This document shows positions 10,660 through 23,833 of a stretch of 64,000 bases of DNA, in pieces. How positions within the stretch are numbered: the stretch's first letter is position 1; each line of letters opens with the position of its first letter. The position numbers and the translations under genes are program-made. Origin of the DNA: Trichosphaerium sp. ATCC 40318 (lineage: Eukaryota; Protista; Tubulinea); the NCBI GenBank assembly GCA_038496445.1, contig JALMLS010000376.1, positions 744,001 through 808,000 of the forward strand, written 5' to 3'. Below the pieces are notes generated by a model, which saw only the letters and a list, made by a program, of their open reading frames with translations, did not search any database and was not told where the DNA came from.

Positions 10660-13214
10660 ATGTCTGTTGCGCCTCACCCTAAAAGCAGCCTAAAGCCTAG
10701 CAAGAAGAAGAAACAAGGTAAAAAGAGAGGTTTCTTTGCTCGAATATTTGGTCGCAAGCCAAAAGGTTTCAGACATGAACAACCTGAACGAGTACGGCGA
10801 TTAATAGTACGAATACAACAACTGAACGCGCCTAGCAACTTAATAAACAAGAAACACTCCGTCAAACAAACAGGCGCGCATTATTAGCTTCTCGTATATG
10901 TGCAGAAGGTCCTGAGGAAGATGAAGAACAAATGATGAAGTACGTGCTTGTTTTGGTTATTTTGGAAATGTACTGTTGTGCAACTTGCCAAAGCCTTACG
11001 AAATCAATAGAACTCTTCGTAAGGAAGAGGATATGCGTAGAACTTTAAGAAGAAAGGAATTACAAGCTCGCGATTCTGCTTTTAAGACTATGACGCTAAG
11101 AAAGTCACAAGCGTACGTTATTTCAAATAAAAGCCTTGAGGAGCCTTCTTTTTTTTTTTTTTTTGATTTCAGATAGTGCCAAGAAGGCGCTCCGTCAAAT
11201 GCAAATGTCAAGTCAGGAAGAAGAAACTACAACGGAAGAACAGACTCCCAAGACAGATACTGATGCTGACGCCTCAACTGATGAAGATAATGGTGATACC
11301 AGTGCAGAAGATGTCGACGATTCTGGAGAGGACGCTGGAGATGATGATAATAAGCCATCAAGCGCAAGAGCTTCTCTCAAAGAATCAAAAAGACCTTTAA
11401 GTAAATCACAAAGAAAGTCACCTAGGTTCGTGCAATTAGCTCCTAGAGGCAAAGGGTGGGATGACGTACGTAAATCAGCAAGAGGAAAAGAGCTTAAAGC
11501 AACTACTGGTGATGAAGTTACAGAAAAGTCGTCATTAGGAGACGTTAGTAGTACATTGCAATAATGAGTGACAACTTATTTGTTTTTAGATGCTACAAAA
11601 GTTTTCAGATGAAGCATTGCGTAATTCTCAAGCTTATGTAACTTCTGATTTACCTCAAATGCAAAAATTAAAAGATCGTGTTGCTGAAGAGCATGATAAC
11701 ACTGAAGAACAGGAATCTATTTCTTCAGAAACATTAGATGACAACAAGAGTCAGACAGTATCACATGTGGAGTGTACACCTGAGAGAAAGCAAGTGCCTA
11801 TCAAAGTGTCATTGGCGAAAAAGATTGAGGAACCTGTACCAGAAAACCAAGAAGATACTGACGAAGACAGTACAAATGAGCAAGAGAATGAAGATGAAAT
11901 AGGCGATCAAAACGAAAATGATGAAGAAGCAGAAGAACCTAAAGACGAAGAACCTGAGCCAGAAACAGAAGATTTGAAGGGTGAAGAAAAAACGACTTCA
12001 AAGAAACTTCCATCTGCGACACCTCCTAAACTTCCGCAATCGCGTCCTCCTGCAAAAATAGCACCAAAGGTGCCGCCAAAGGTATACATTCGACTATATC
12101 CATATGTCTAAATAGCTATTCTAGAAAGCGCCTGCGAAGCTTCAAAAAAGATCTTTCAGACCAAGATCAGGGTTTCACACTACACCAAAAGCACCTGATA
12201 GTTCATCAGGACCCACTGGTGTACCAAAGAGAGGACCTCCAAAGACACCACCTAAGACACCTGCAAAAAAACAACCTACTAAGCTTTGGAACAATAAGCC
12301 AAGAGCAAAAGGAAACTTGGGTTCTCTTTGGGAACAAAGGCTAGCAAGTAATAACACACCTAAGAAAAAACCTGAACTACAAACTCGAGCTTCTCTTGCA
12401 GCTCTTAAGAAGGGTGGAAGAGTGAACGCATGGGAGCAAAGACAACAAAATAATAAATCACAAGAAAAGACTCCAGCACCAAGAAAGCTGCCTAAAAAAG
12501 TAGGTATGTCAGCTTGGGAGAAGAATCAACAAGCAAAGGCTGAGCAAGCAAAATCTACACCTACTCCCGCAGGCCGTCCAAAAAATAAGATTGGTCTATC
12601 AAAATGGGAACAAAACCAACAATCACAACAACAGCAGGAGAAGCCTAAACTTCGAGAATCTGTGGCAAGATTACAAAAGCAACGATCAGAAGACAAAGAA
12701 GGAAAACAACAAAAGCGAGCAAACGTTGCTGCCCTACTACAAAAAGGCGTATGTTATTATCCTGGTGTTGTATTACGCTTTACTAATATTATATCTAGGC
12801 TATGTTTGGAGCACCAAGACCATCTAAACCATCACCATCTGGACCACAAATAGAAGATGAAGAAACACCTTCACAACCTTTTGAAAGTACTCTTAGTGCT
12901 GAGCCTGTACAAGAACCTAAACCGTCAGGTGCCCCGCCTAGAAGACCACCACCAAGGCGTGCAGGCAACATTGTTTCCTTACCTGACCAGGGAGCTGGTG
13001 TCACAGGATGTACGATCATCGCAAAAGTGTAACCTTATTTTCAACTGACGCTAATGTAGTAGCACCACCACAGGAAGAGAATACAGTTGAAGCCGCTCTT
13101 GAGGTGCTTGTACCTACAGCGCGTCTTGATGTTATTCAAAAAACAAGAGCACGTGGCCCAAAAGGTAGAAGACCGCCAAGTAGAGCAAAGAGAAATGTTG
13201 TAAAAAAAAAGTAA
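10660..13214 (+). CDS. Acidic/Pro-rich disordered protein with C-terminal capping-protein-interaction (CPI)-like motif
   Basis: Consecutive in-frame exons (10660, 11136, 11590, 12317, 12802, 13008 ORFs); WEQ/WEK repeats; terminal RLDVIQKTRARGPKGRRPPSR resembles the CapZIP/CARMIL CPI motif. Confidence 0.78.
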
Positions 13215-13355
13215 AGTAAAAAATTTCTGTGCTAAGTCAGTTCTATTAAGCACTGACCACGAATTAAACTGAAATTGCCTCATTGGTTTCTATTATAACG
13301 TCGGCAATTTCATAGACCACCCAAGTAAATAAGGAGAATAAGTGCAGCGAAATAA

Positions 13356-15559
13356 ATGGCAAAAGTTGGTACAGAGGACGAGGGACCTCCATTATGTTAT
13401 CGAATGGTAGATCCAGACAAAGCTGACGATCTACAATGTGGAATTTGCTTTCAAGTAACCATCAACGTTATCATTGGCGAAATTACTAAATGATAGCCTA
13501 GATACTTGATACTCCGCGCCAATGCCAAAATGGTCACGCTTTTTGTTACAAATGTATTACTCAAGCTATAGAGCAAAACGGCGCTACATGCCCACACTGT
13601 CGCGTAAATTTGGACAAGACTAAGCTCGGTAGAAGTCTTTTCCTCGAGAAATACCTTCGGTACGTTCAAATTAAATTAAAAGCTTCCAAAACACGCTTGC
13701 ATACAAATATAAAAGATAAACACACCATAAAACCATCACAATAGAATTCTGAATTTAACTTTGCAAATAGAGAAGAAGAAGTATGGTGTAGATGGCACTA
13801 CGCCGTACAAAAGTCTAGCAACAGTTTAGCATATCAAGAATTAGTTGTAGACAAAGACGGTTGCAATGAGAAGTGTACTATAGAAAAAGTCCGCCAGCAT
13901 GAGGTAGAGTGTCCGTTTAGAATAGTAAGATGCCAATTTAGCAAAGTACGTTTCTACCAAGAGTAGAATATTCTATTTTAGAAAGAAACATCCAAAATAC
14001 GCTGTTTTTGTTTTCGTTCACCTGACTGTACCGCCTTTGATGTACACAACTTTTTCATCATAATACCTTATTTTACTTTTATTAATTTATGTGAATTTAT
14101 GAATATGTAGGAATGTGGAGAACTACGAGCTGGCACGCTATTTATCGCAATACACTTTTATTGTGTTTTTTTTTTTGATATGTTTTTTTTTTGCTGTTGT
14201 AATTTGTGTTTCTTTGGCTCTCTTGTTAATAGTTAGTTTAGCGAATATTATAGAACATGCTAAGGTTTGTGAATTTAGGCCTAGTGAATGCCGTCATTGT
14301 CGCATAGAAGTAAGTTATTGCTATTTGTCGCCATGCGACTGGTATTTTTCTCTTTTTTTTCCGTCTTCTACAGAGTCTTAGTTCTGTTTTTAGGTTTCCT
14401 TCAAGGATATGGAAAGGCATACACTACAGTGTCCGCAAGCTCCTGTACAATGTCAAGCATGTGGACTCGAATTAAGAAGACATATGTTAGAACAACATCA
14501 ATTCCATGAATGTCAAGAAAAGTTACAATTATGCACTTTTTCTGATTGTGGATGTGATGTTAAAGTATTACGTAAAGATATTAAAGCTCATGTCGAAGGA
14601 GATCTTATAAACCATATAATGATGATGAAAAAGACATTTATACGTGAATTAGAACGACAGAAGACATACTTTCAGATGGAGCTTAAGGTAAAGAATTTTT
14701 TTCAAAAAACCAAGGAGAAAAATAAGTCGACAATTTTCTTGAGTTCTTGGTGACTTTTTTTGGTTTTAAATATGGTGTTTGTTTCTTTATATATCTGAAA
14801 ATATTGTTTAGAAGCGTGATGAAAAATTAGAGCGATTAATGTCAATATCTAAAGGAAATGAAACGAGGTTACATTGGGTTATTTGTGATTGGAAAACACA
14901 GAGGAAAAAACCTTATTTACAGAGTAGAAAATTTTCTTATTCTGGTTTTACTTGGTTCATTGGGATGTATACAGATGGTACTCATATTTTAAAATGAATT
15001 TAAATTTTTTCAAACCAAAGATAGGCCTGTAAGACTGCGCGAGTTTTTTCTCATTTTTTTCTTTTTTTTTGGTTTAAATGCTTCTCCTCGTAATACTTCT
15101 TTTTTCTAAAATTATTCTTTAGGTGACAGTAACGATAGCGAGGGTTTTTTATCAGTGTATTTATTTATGGATTTGGAATCACAACTTCCAGTGGGAAAGG
15201 TAAAACCAAAACCTCATCCTTTTTTTTTGTAACTAATTTGTACTTGTTTTTAACTGTTTTGTAGCATGTTGCTTTAGATTATTATATTACATTCCGTAAC
15301 CACAAAGACCTATCAAAGTCTTTGAAGATGGCATTTAGCTCAGATTTTCCTATTAAAGGAGGCCAAGGATGGTACGAGCTGATTTTTTTTGAGCTTCACT
15401 TTGTTATTGTCGAACAAAACAAAATTAAATTTTAATGTTAGGGGTGACAGACACGCTCTTCGGTCTCAAAAAGTAACAGAAGCAAATGGATTTGTTCATT
15501 CAGGAAAAGTTGAAATAGAAATCACAATTTATAGATCACATACTTATTGGGAAATTTAA
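13356..15559 (+). CDS. TRAF-family protein (RING finger, TRAF-type zinc fingers, MATH domain)
   Basis: LQCGICF...CQNGHAFCYKCI...CPHCR; HAKVCEFRPSECRHC; HTLQCPQAPVQCQAC; MATH domain LHWVICDW...SRKFSYSGFTWFIGMYTDG...FLSVYLF...GQGWG. Confidence 0.92.
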
Positions 15560-16217
15560 TAATGAGTTCAATCGCATTAGAACATTTTGATTGAAGAATT
15601 TATTTGACAAACAATCAAAAAAAACATTCTGAAACTGGCCTCTGCTTTCAAAGAAAACAAAAGGCTCCATTAATCTTCTATAACTCCTTTCTCTTGTTTA
15701 AAAGGAATTTACACTGTAATATACATAATAAAACAATACTAAATAGTGCTAATACTTGATGCTTTCTTTTATCGACAACAATACAAGATGTGACAAATAT
15801 CAAGATAGGTTACAAAGTTTTGAAGCCGGATTGTAGTAGGCTACCTATTGTTGTGAAACGAAATTGAGACTACTGCACACAACTTAACAGGATTGACGCT
15901 AGTACCTGTGGTTAGCACAGACAGAGTTGACCTTAAATAAAGCTATAGTATTTTAGCTGTAAGCTTACCGTTTCAAACATAACTCCCAATTAGTACCAAG
16001 CATGTGACTACTTCTGCTTCTTCTGGTCTTACCACTACCATAACGATACACCAGTGATAGCTTGCGTACTAGTATTTCAAAAAACGAAATGTCTCTATAT
16101 CACTTGTGGCTATCATCCGCTCCCTTAGAACATATATTTTCTACAGAGGCATTAAGTCGAAGGCGTTCAGACACATGTACTGAAATATCTTGAAACAATA
16201 AAACTGGGAAAGACAAA

Positions 16218-16532
16218 TTATTTACAACAACATTTTATTTCTACATTTTCCTTATTTAACACGAAGTCTAAGCACATATAATTAGTTCTATATCTCTCTG
16301 GTGTTGTAGTTCCTAATGTGATATTTCGAGAGTTTTGACTTGACGAAGAAAACTTGTTGATTGAGGCTATCTTGTTTGGTTTTTTATGTAGATCCTTCTT
16401 TAGGTTTATTGTAATTTTACCTTTAAAAGGTTTCTTTTCATTTGAAGCTCTTGTTTGCGGTTTACATCTCCAGTGCCGTATTTGACTGAAGTATGGTGTT
16501 TTCTTACTTGGTTTGTTATAGATGCAAGCCAT
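16218..16532 (-). CDS. Hypothetical basic protein ending near an MxLDFVLN motif
   Basis: Frame open from ~16650 to 16218; Lys/Ser-rich; MCLDFVLN near the C-terminus; no recognisable domain. Confidence 0.35.
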   Translation of the reverse strand: MACIYNKPSKKTPYFSQIRHWRCKPQTRASNEKKPFKGKITINLKKDLHKKPNKIASINKFSSSSQNSRNITLGTTTPERYRTNYMCLDFVLNKENVEIKCCCK

Positions 16533-16717
16533 GGTAGAGGAGTGGTTGCTGTGGATGTATGTTTTGTTGACTTTTGCATTATTTCGAACAACCTTCAGTG
16601 AAGGTACCTTGGAAACAAACTTTTGTTCGAGGACCAGTTCGAAAAAATACTAAATTCAACATGTGTCAACAAACGGCATTTACAATACTAATAATAGACA
16701 ATCATATGTATTAAAGT

Positions 16718-16755
16718 CATAGTAGTCTTACAAAACCATAGTAGTCTTACAAAAC
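16718..16755. repeat. Perfect 19-bp tandem duplication CATAGTAGTCTTACAAAAC x2
   Basis: Read directly from sequence. Confidence 0.9.
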
Positions 16756-17291
16756 CATACCCGAGATACGACCCGAACACGTGAACAAACTATTTTCAAC
16801 CTAAAGTTCTAATAAGCGCTAGTTTGGTAGTAGAGAGAATGCTGCAGCTAGCCTGGACTATGTATATACTCGTAAAAAGTTCAAAGAAGACGAAACTATG
16901 GTAGTTTAATTATGGGTATGTAAAAGACGGCCCAAACTATTCATATGGCGTAGGCGATGTGACGATATAAACTCTCTACGAGCGAAGTTAGTAGAAAAAT
17001 CTTTCAAAGGCACGTATTTGGTTAAGTGAGGGAAAGTGCTGGCACAAAAGCGTACAATGGTATCTATGTGTTAATTTACCGGTAATCTTTCCCTTTACCA
17101 TTATTAAAATAACACGATGGTTTCCCATTCATCTTTTTTGTGTTGATGTCATTTTCGAAAAAAACGCCATTCAAGTTTTGCTAAGTTCAACACGCATATC
17201 TTTCTGGACATAAACACAGATCATTGAATGCCACTAATAACTCATAAACTATACAATTATTTGTACAATAATAGACCAAGTACCAAGTGAA

Positions 17292-17549
17292 ATGTGGAAG
17301 AGCATCAAACGTAAAAGCAAACTACAATCTTCTATAAATCGTGTAAAAAACTTAAGAAAAAAACCTTTTCATACAATGATTGATGGCGAATATGTATCTA
17401 CTACACCTTTCCAAAATGATCAAGAATCATATCACATGAATATTAGCGTCACTAGTAATACTGGAGTAAATACTGAAACGACGCAACAACAGCCTAAAAG
17501 TCTGGAATATACAAAAAGCTTAAAAAACTATGGCACTAAACAATATTGA
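17292..17549 (+). CDS. Hypothetical protein or terminal exon
   Basis: 85-aa ORF followed by AATAAA at ~17587; no homology recognised. Confidence 0.25.
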   Translation: MWKSIKRKSKLQSSINRVKNLRKKPFHTMIDGEYVSTTPFQNDQESYHMNISVTSNTGVNTETTQQQPKSLEYTKSLKNYGTKQY

Positions 17550-18274
17550 ACAAAGAAAATTCTACGAATACACAAACAAATATGTAAATAAATCCGTTAT
17601 CACTGTTCTTATTTTTTACATTGCTTCTGATGATGGTGACTCTCAGTTTAAATAAAAAGTTAAAAAAACATGTCGTGTTTTCTTGTTGTTGTACTCACGC
17701 ATTTACATGCGTTTTTGGCGTATCATACGACATTCTTAGGTACTCGACAGACAAAATATATCACTCTCTATCCTACTAACACAACTTTGAATGCGTGTAA
17801 CGCGCCTTGTGAAGTTACCTGTGTGATTGTTGTGCAATATCAACAGTGACATAAACCAATACAGAGCTAAACAAGCTATTTTGGACTGTCACCTCACGTA
17901 TATTGCTAAAGGTAACGACTTGTTTTAGTAAATTATTAACTATTCCCTCAACGGTATTTTACTGGTTTTGGGCCAAGAGTAGGTTAACAACCTCCTAAAC
18001 TTGTTTATGCAAAACTGTTCACTTCTCTAAACTAGTCACCATCGCCTATGCGAAATCACGTGAGCAAAAAACTAAGAACAATAAAAAAAAAGAGCTATTT
18101 TCATACAGGGAGATATTTAACCATGTTCATTACGAGATTCTAAAACTACTCTTGCCAGTGTACAATAATGGTGACCTTCCCACTTCGTAATGGGATAGTT
18201 TTGGGGTCAGAAAAATTCCTTGTTTTTCGTTTTCAGTGGCCTCCCATTATTTAGCACCGCTTTCTTTTTCTTTA

Positions 18275-21200
18275 ATGATACGGAGTATACAAGGTAAAGT
18301 ACCCAGATGCGCTGTAAATATTTTCCGAATCGAAACAGATTTTTTAAATCAAAACCGGTTGAAACACCGTGAATACTGTTTATATTAGCGTTAATACTAT
18401 TATTCTTGAGTTGTGTTTACATTTGGGTCTTTTTTAGGGTTTGTTTTGATATTCTTTGTTTGTATTTGTACTGGACAACAAGTTATACGATGGACAGGCG
18501 CAACAAGCATGGATTGGGGGTACGTAACCTTGACAATCCTTACATTTTAAAAAACGAAAAAAAATTATGTGGATATCCATAAATTTCGCAGAGATTCATT
18601 TTTTTGCGACCATTGCTCCCATCCCAAGTACTGTAAATAGTACTGATGGCTATTGTGATTGTCGGGAAACTAATAATGGGTTTATTAGTAACCTTACGAT
18701 TTTTGATTGACTGTAATACCTTTATCTTTGTATCTGTGTTGACTAACGATTTGTTTTCTGTTGCAGAGATTTAGCGAACTGGGATTGTCAAGGACCTCTT
18801 TGTAATTCCGCTCCTATACCGCCTGATTCAGGTACCGCAGCTTGGACGATTGGGTTCCCACAATGTGTACGTCATGTCACGCTGTTATTTTTTGGATATT
18901 TACTATGTTATTTTAATCTAAAAAAAAACTCACAGGCATCCAACGTGGAGATGATTATATCATATTCTGTAAACTGGCCTGAAATAGAGTTTACTGGAGG
19001 TACATGTCCAAAAGTTTCTCTTCATGGGGATTTATCGATAGCTCGGTACATCATTCTTTTTTTTAAGGTGTCACAACAAAAACAACTAAATATCCCATTA
19101 AGCATGCGTACTGGTAGCTTTCTAACAGCAGTTCTACGTTTTTACGGAATGAGAAGTACTGTAAGATAACAACAAACCGCCACGCAATGTATTTTTCGTA
19201 GTACTGATAGCTTGTCAACATAGCTTCGACTTTTATTGGGTACCTTAGCAATGAGAGAGCTGGTTGTTGCCAACAGTTTAACCATCACAGCAGCTGTACA
19301 CTTATTTGATTTGAAACCTAATTTAACATGTGATTAACACGTGATATTAGAACGTTGAGTTTGGCACACTTACACTTACTGAAGATACTACTTCTGTTGC
19401 TTTTAATGTTGGCGAGTCCAGTTCTAATTTCATAGGAACAATTACGGGACAAGCCAAAACAGACACTCAAGTCATAACGCTGCGAACAGACCAGAATCCA
19501 ACTGTTCCTTTTGTACGTATAAAACAGCACGGAGGGTTTTTTACGGCAGTTCGCTTTTAATTCGAATTTGTGGATTATTATTTTGTTTTACTATCTCATG
19601 ATTATTACATTGGGGACAGAGCACATACAGAACTTTATTGTTGACTTAATATAGGTGGATATGAGGTTATTGATTTCTGTTTCAAATAATGGAAGTGCAC
19701 TTCTACGGTTTGATTCATACGCAAACACAATAGATGTAACCGGCTATGTAATGTACGATTTTTTTTTTGACAACGGAACTTTTCTTCTAACTCACCTCAC
19801 AGTGTCAGTGGGCCAATCTCTATGGAAAACACAGGCGGTGTGTTCAAATACAGTGGACCTATAACATATACGGGCGATCACGTGCTTCAGATGTTCCCGG
19901 TACTATTTTTAGACGCAAGAACTTTGAGTTTGTGACTTTTTTTTTAGAACAGCGTAGTAAACAATGTAATGAACAGTACAACAGCAGATTCTTCTGTAAA
20001 GTTCTATGGATCTCTGCACTTCACATCTACATCATCTGTTCTTGCTGTTAATATAAAACCAATCGACAGCTTTCCTGTTGATAACACGTACAATGAACTA
20101 ATACTTGATGGTAATTTCGAAAACACAACAGTGGATTGGGGTGTTGACAAACAACTAACAATACGTACGAGTCTCACTTTTTTCTTGTTTACCCTCAGCT
20201 AACTCTCAAAAACAGGACAAACATTAAGTGATCATACAGCAACATTAAAATCAATGAACGTTAAAACTGTTTTGTTTAATTCAACCAACATTCAAATTGA
20301 CGATTTAACCATCCCATCAACTGAAACAGTGACACTAATCGAGTACGTAGTCCGTCTTTTTTCTTAAATTTTTTTTTATCACGTGTGCAGGCTAATGATC
20401 AAAAATATAGCTCTTCAGTACAAGCAATACTATCAGATAGTATCACTTCTATTAAACTCGATATGCAAGATTCAACATTTATCCTACACGCAAGTAAAGC
20501 ACATACAACTTCAATTGAAGTTGTTAAAGCCACTCAAACAGCTAAAGTAGACTTAAACGGAGGCTTCTTCAATCTACCTCAGGTACACCAAGTAACGCTG
20601 TAAACTTTATTACTGACATAAATATAGGATATGGGTCACATGCATAGAACGCCTGTAGAGATAAGCGTAGCTAATGGAACTCTAAACCAGCGTCAAAACA
20701 TCGCAAATATCTCATCATTGATTTTGGGTGGAACTGTCAAGTTCGGAATTTATGAGCTTACTGATTCTTCTGTCTTGATGTCTGGTATGTATGATACATA
20801 TACAATACAATTCAAAGATGGAGCTATAGTCGATATCGAATTTCCTGGTAATTTCCAAGAACCAGAAGACCCAATAGATGTCTTACTAATCAGGTAAAGA
20901 ATTCAATCAATCACTTTTTTCTGACTTTTTTCTCATCTAGCACGGCTTCTCGGGCACCTCTTAACCTTCCTAAGCTTGTAACAAATCTTACAATAGTCGT
21001 TACAACAACTCTTGAAAGGCCTGCTGAAGGAGGAGTATATCTGAGAGTTCAAAAACAAGTTTCTCCAACAACTTCTCCACCAACAACTGAACCGCCTACA
21101 ACACTTCCTCCTGAGCCTGTTGCACCAAGTTTTAATGATTCTTATTTTGATAATAGAACATCTTCTCGTATAACTTGCATTGATTGTGGTAATTCATTGA

Positions 21201-21319
21201 GTGGTGGTGCAATAGCTGGTATAATAATAGTAGTTTTATTCGTTGTCGGTGTTGCTGTAGTTGGCGGATTCATTTGGTGGAAGCGACAATCTACTCTGAG
21301 TGAAGCAGCGGCGTCATGA
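18275..21319 (+). CDS. Secreted single-pass (type I) cell-surface protein, beta-rich ectodomain, Pro/Thr stalk
   Basis: MIRSIQ|GLFLIFFVCICTG signal; WTGATSMDWG|DLANWDC N-terminal motif; SPTTSPPTTEPPTT stalk; LSGGAIAGIIIVVLFVVGVAVVGGFIWWKR TM helix. Confidence 0.8.
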
Positions 21320-21608
21320 CGTATCCTATGGCTTTACTTCAAAGAGACAAGAAAACAGAGTTGTCAGTATCAGTATAATAAATAAAATAAAATTCGTAAA
21401 AAAAAAGTGTTAAGAATTATAACTCAATCGTTGGTTGTCATCACGTGAATTTAGCCCTCCCATATTTTATCCGAATACTTTACTAATACTTACTAGTATT
21501 AGAGTTGAAATAAAGACGGAAAACAAACAAGCCAAGCGTTTGAGACTAATGAAAAAAAGCAATAAAAAAATTAAGTTTGTATTTTACAGGTAGAAGCTTT
21601 CCACTTCT

Positions 21609-22880
21609 TCAAGGAACCCATCCATGTGCTTGTGCGACTCTTACAAAAGCCTACAATACTTTAAAACGAATTATAGGTTTTTAAACAAAAGCAGTGCTAT
21701 CAGTACCTCTCTAGCCTCAGCTTCTGAGTAGTCATTAAAAGCATTGTCCATATCAATTAATGCAGACCCTTTTTATTTGGTAAGAAAAATGAACTCCACA
21801 ATGGATGATTACCTTCTGTGAGTAAGTTCCTTATCATTACTATAAGTGGTTCAAGTTGAATATCCTTATTCCAACCTTGTAAATAGATCAATAAGATAAT
21901 CAACAGTTCAATGATTTTTTAGGATTTTGGACCAAAAACACTCACCACTTCGTGTTAGCTCAAGTACACATATACTACCACCTATCTACAAAGGTTATAA
22001 TGTTAGTACACGCGTTTAATAAAATTAAGACTTTACTTACAGTTATGTGCCCAGTGTATTGATGAAATCTTGGAAAAACCTAAACAATGTCAATGTCTTA
22101 CAAATAGAATTTGTCTTTTTTTTTCCAAACCACATACAACTCTCATAAACGGAGGAGAGTGAGGAAAATCAGATTGAAAGATAACCTAGTCATTAATCAA
22201 TAAATCGTAATGAACAAAAGCGACGAAAACTCGAAAGAAACCCAGAAAGAGCTACAAGAAGCATTGGATTTTTTTTTTTTTGAATTAAATCAACACTTGC
22301 CTCCAGCAAGATGTGATCGCGTCCAGGTCTTGTAGATTCATACATAAACAGATCTTGATGAACCTACACGCCGTTTGGTTAACATTAGAAGAACTCATGA
22401 AATGATGACATACTTGGGTTCCAACTTCAAAACCATTGAGTTTTATGTGCCATTTGTATGCATTGTCTTCGACCAGCGAGACTTTTTACGAAATTACTCT
22501 CAACCTAGCTTGTACGTGTACGAACCTTCGAATCCTTGTTTTCCATAGTTAGGTGCTGTTACAAGCTTCTTGAAGCGTTGTAGTAGATCTTGTGTAGCTT
22601 CTTTTGATGCTTTTTGAGGCGTAAAAGCTGTTGATGGCAGTAATTCGCCATTCAAAAGGTTTTTTGGGGTTGTGTTGAACAGTACGTTAACTGGTTGTTT
22701 TTTTACGGCTTTTTTTGTCGGTTTTTTCTTCTTGATCGGCTCATTAAGTTTTTGAGGCGAATTAGATGTGTTTTTGGTGATTTTAGGTTTTTTGACCTTC
22801 TTGGCCTTTTCCTCAACTGAGCGTTTCCTTTTTCGCTGCCTTGAGTGCACTTTGGGAACGACACAATCATCAGCGTCCAT
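21609..22880 (-). CDS. Ubiquitin-conjugating enzyme, UBE2Q-like, with basic N-terminal extension (5' end uncertain)
   Basis: LVEDNAYKWHIKL...DFPHSPPFMRV|...PRFHQYTGHIT|VGGSICVLELT...YSEAEARE|AFVRVAQAHGWVP; one GC-donor intron near 22280. Confidence 0.87.
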
Positions 22881-23296
22881 TTTGTAGGTCTTGGCAAAAA
22901 ACAGCTTTTTTTTTTAAGTTTGCTTTCAAGCTTAACAAGAAAGCCTTTACGGCGCTTTACAGCTTCTGGTTCTTTCCAGTGGTACTCGCATCACCCTCCG
23001 TTACGGTACAGTATTGATAGACCTGAATGTAGCCAAGGAACTACCTTAACTCAATACTCAAAGTCACAACGTGTCAAAAAACCAAAACCTAAATGTCACG
23101 ATTTCAAACAACCGTCTTGTCTCTCTTATTAGCTACATCAATATCAACAGCGTTTTTGCTATTTTATTACATTAAATACAATGTATTTCCTTCTAAGGCG
23201 ACGGTATGTTAGTATTATCACGTGATCACGTACCTCTTCGTCTAAAATTTTTAATTTTAATTTTAGGACGCGTATTTCATCATTGAAGAGGAGAAA

Positions 23297-23458
23297 ATGA
23301 ATGTAAACATCATAGAACGCAACCTGATATATTTAATTGGAACTGGGATTGTTCTATCTTTGCTATCTATGATCGCAATGAAACCTTCAGATCATTTCAG
23401 AAAAAAAGCGCTCATCAGAGAAATGGAACGTAAACTTGCTCTTTTGCGAGCAAGCTAA
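23297..23458 (+). CDS. Putative 53-aa single-TM microprotein
   Basis: MNVNIIERNLIYLIGTGIVLSLLSMIAMKPSDHFRKKALIREMERKLALLRAS*; A-rich start context; hydrophobic segment followed by a basic helix. Confidence 0.45.
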   Translation: MNVNIIERNLIYLIGTGIVLSLLSMIAMKPSDHFRKKALIREMERKLALLRAS

Positions 23459-23833
23459 CAAGAGAAAGGCCTTTTTTACCTTTTCGTATGCTCCTAGTTT
23501 GCTGTAAATCTAAATTTGTAAACCTCATGTCCATGTATACCAGAAGTTAGCAAGGACATAAGGAAACAATGAAAATTTCGTATGTTGAAAAGAGTACTCC
23601 TATGTTTTGACAATGGTTTCTGGCATAATGCTAAGTAATATCAAGAGATAAAATAGACAAAAAGTAACAAACTTTCTGATACTACCTTCGATATTATAAG
23701 ACGGTAATCCATTAGTAGATATGTGTCATTTTAACTTAACAACGCAAACTATACATTAGGTACAAATGGTTTTTATTATAGAGTTCGAGTATGTGGTGAG
23801 TACATTAAAATTTGATTTCGTATCGAGAAGAGT

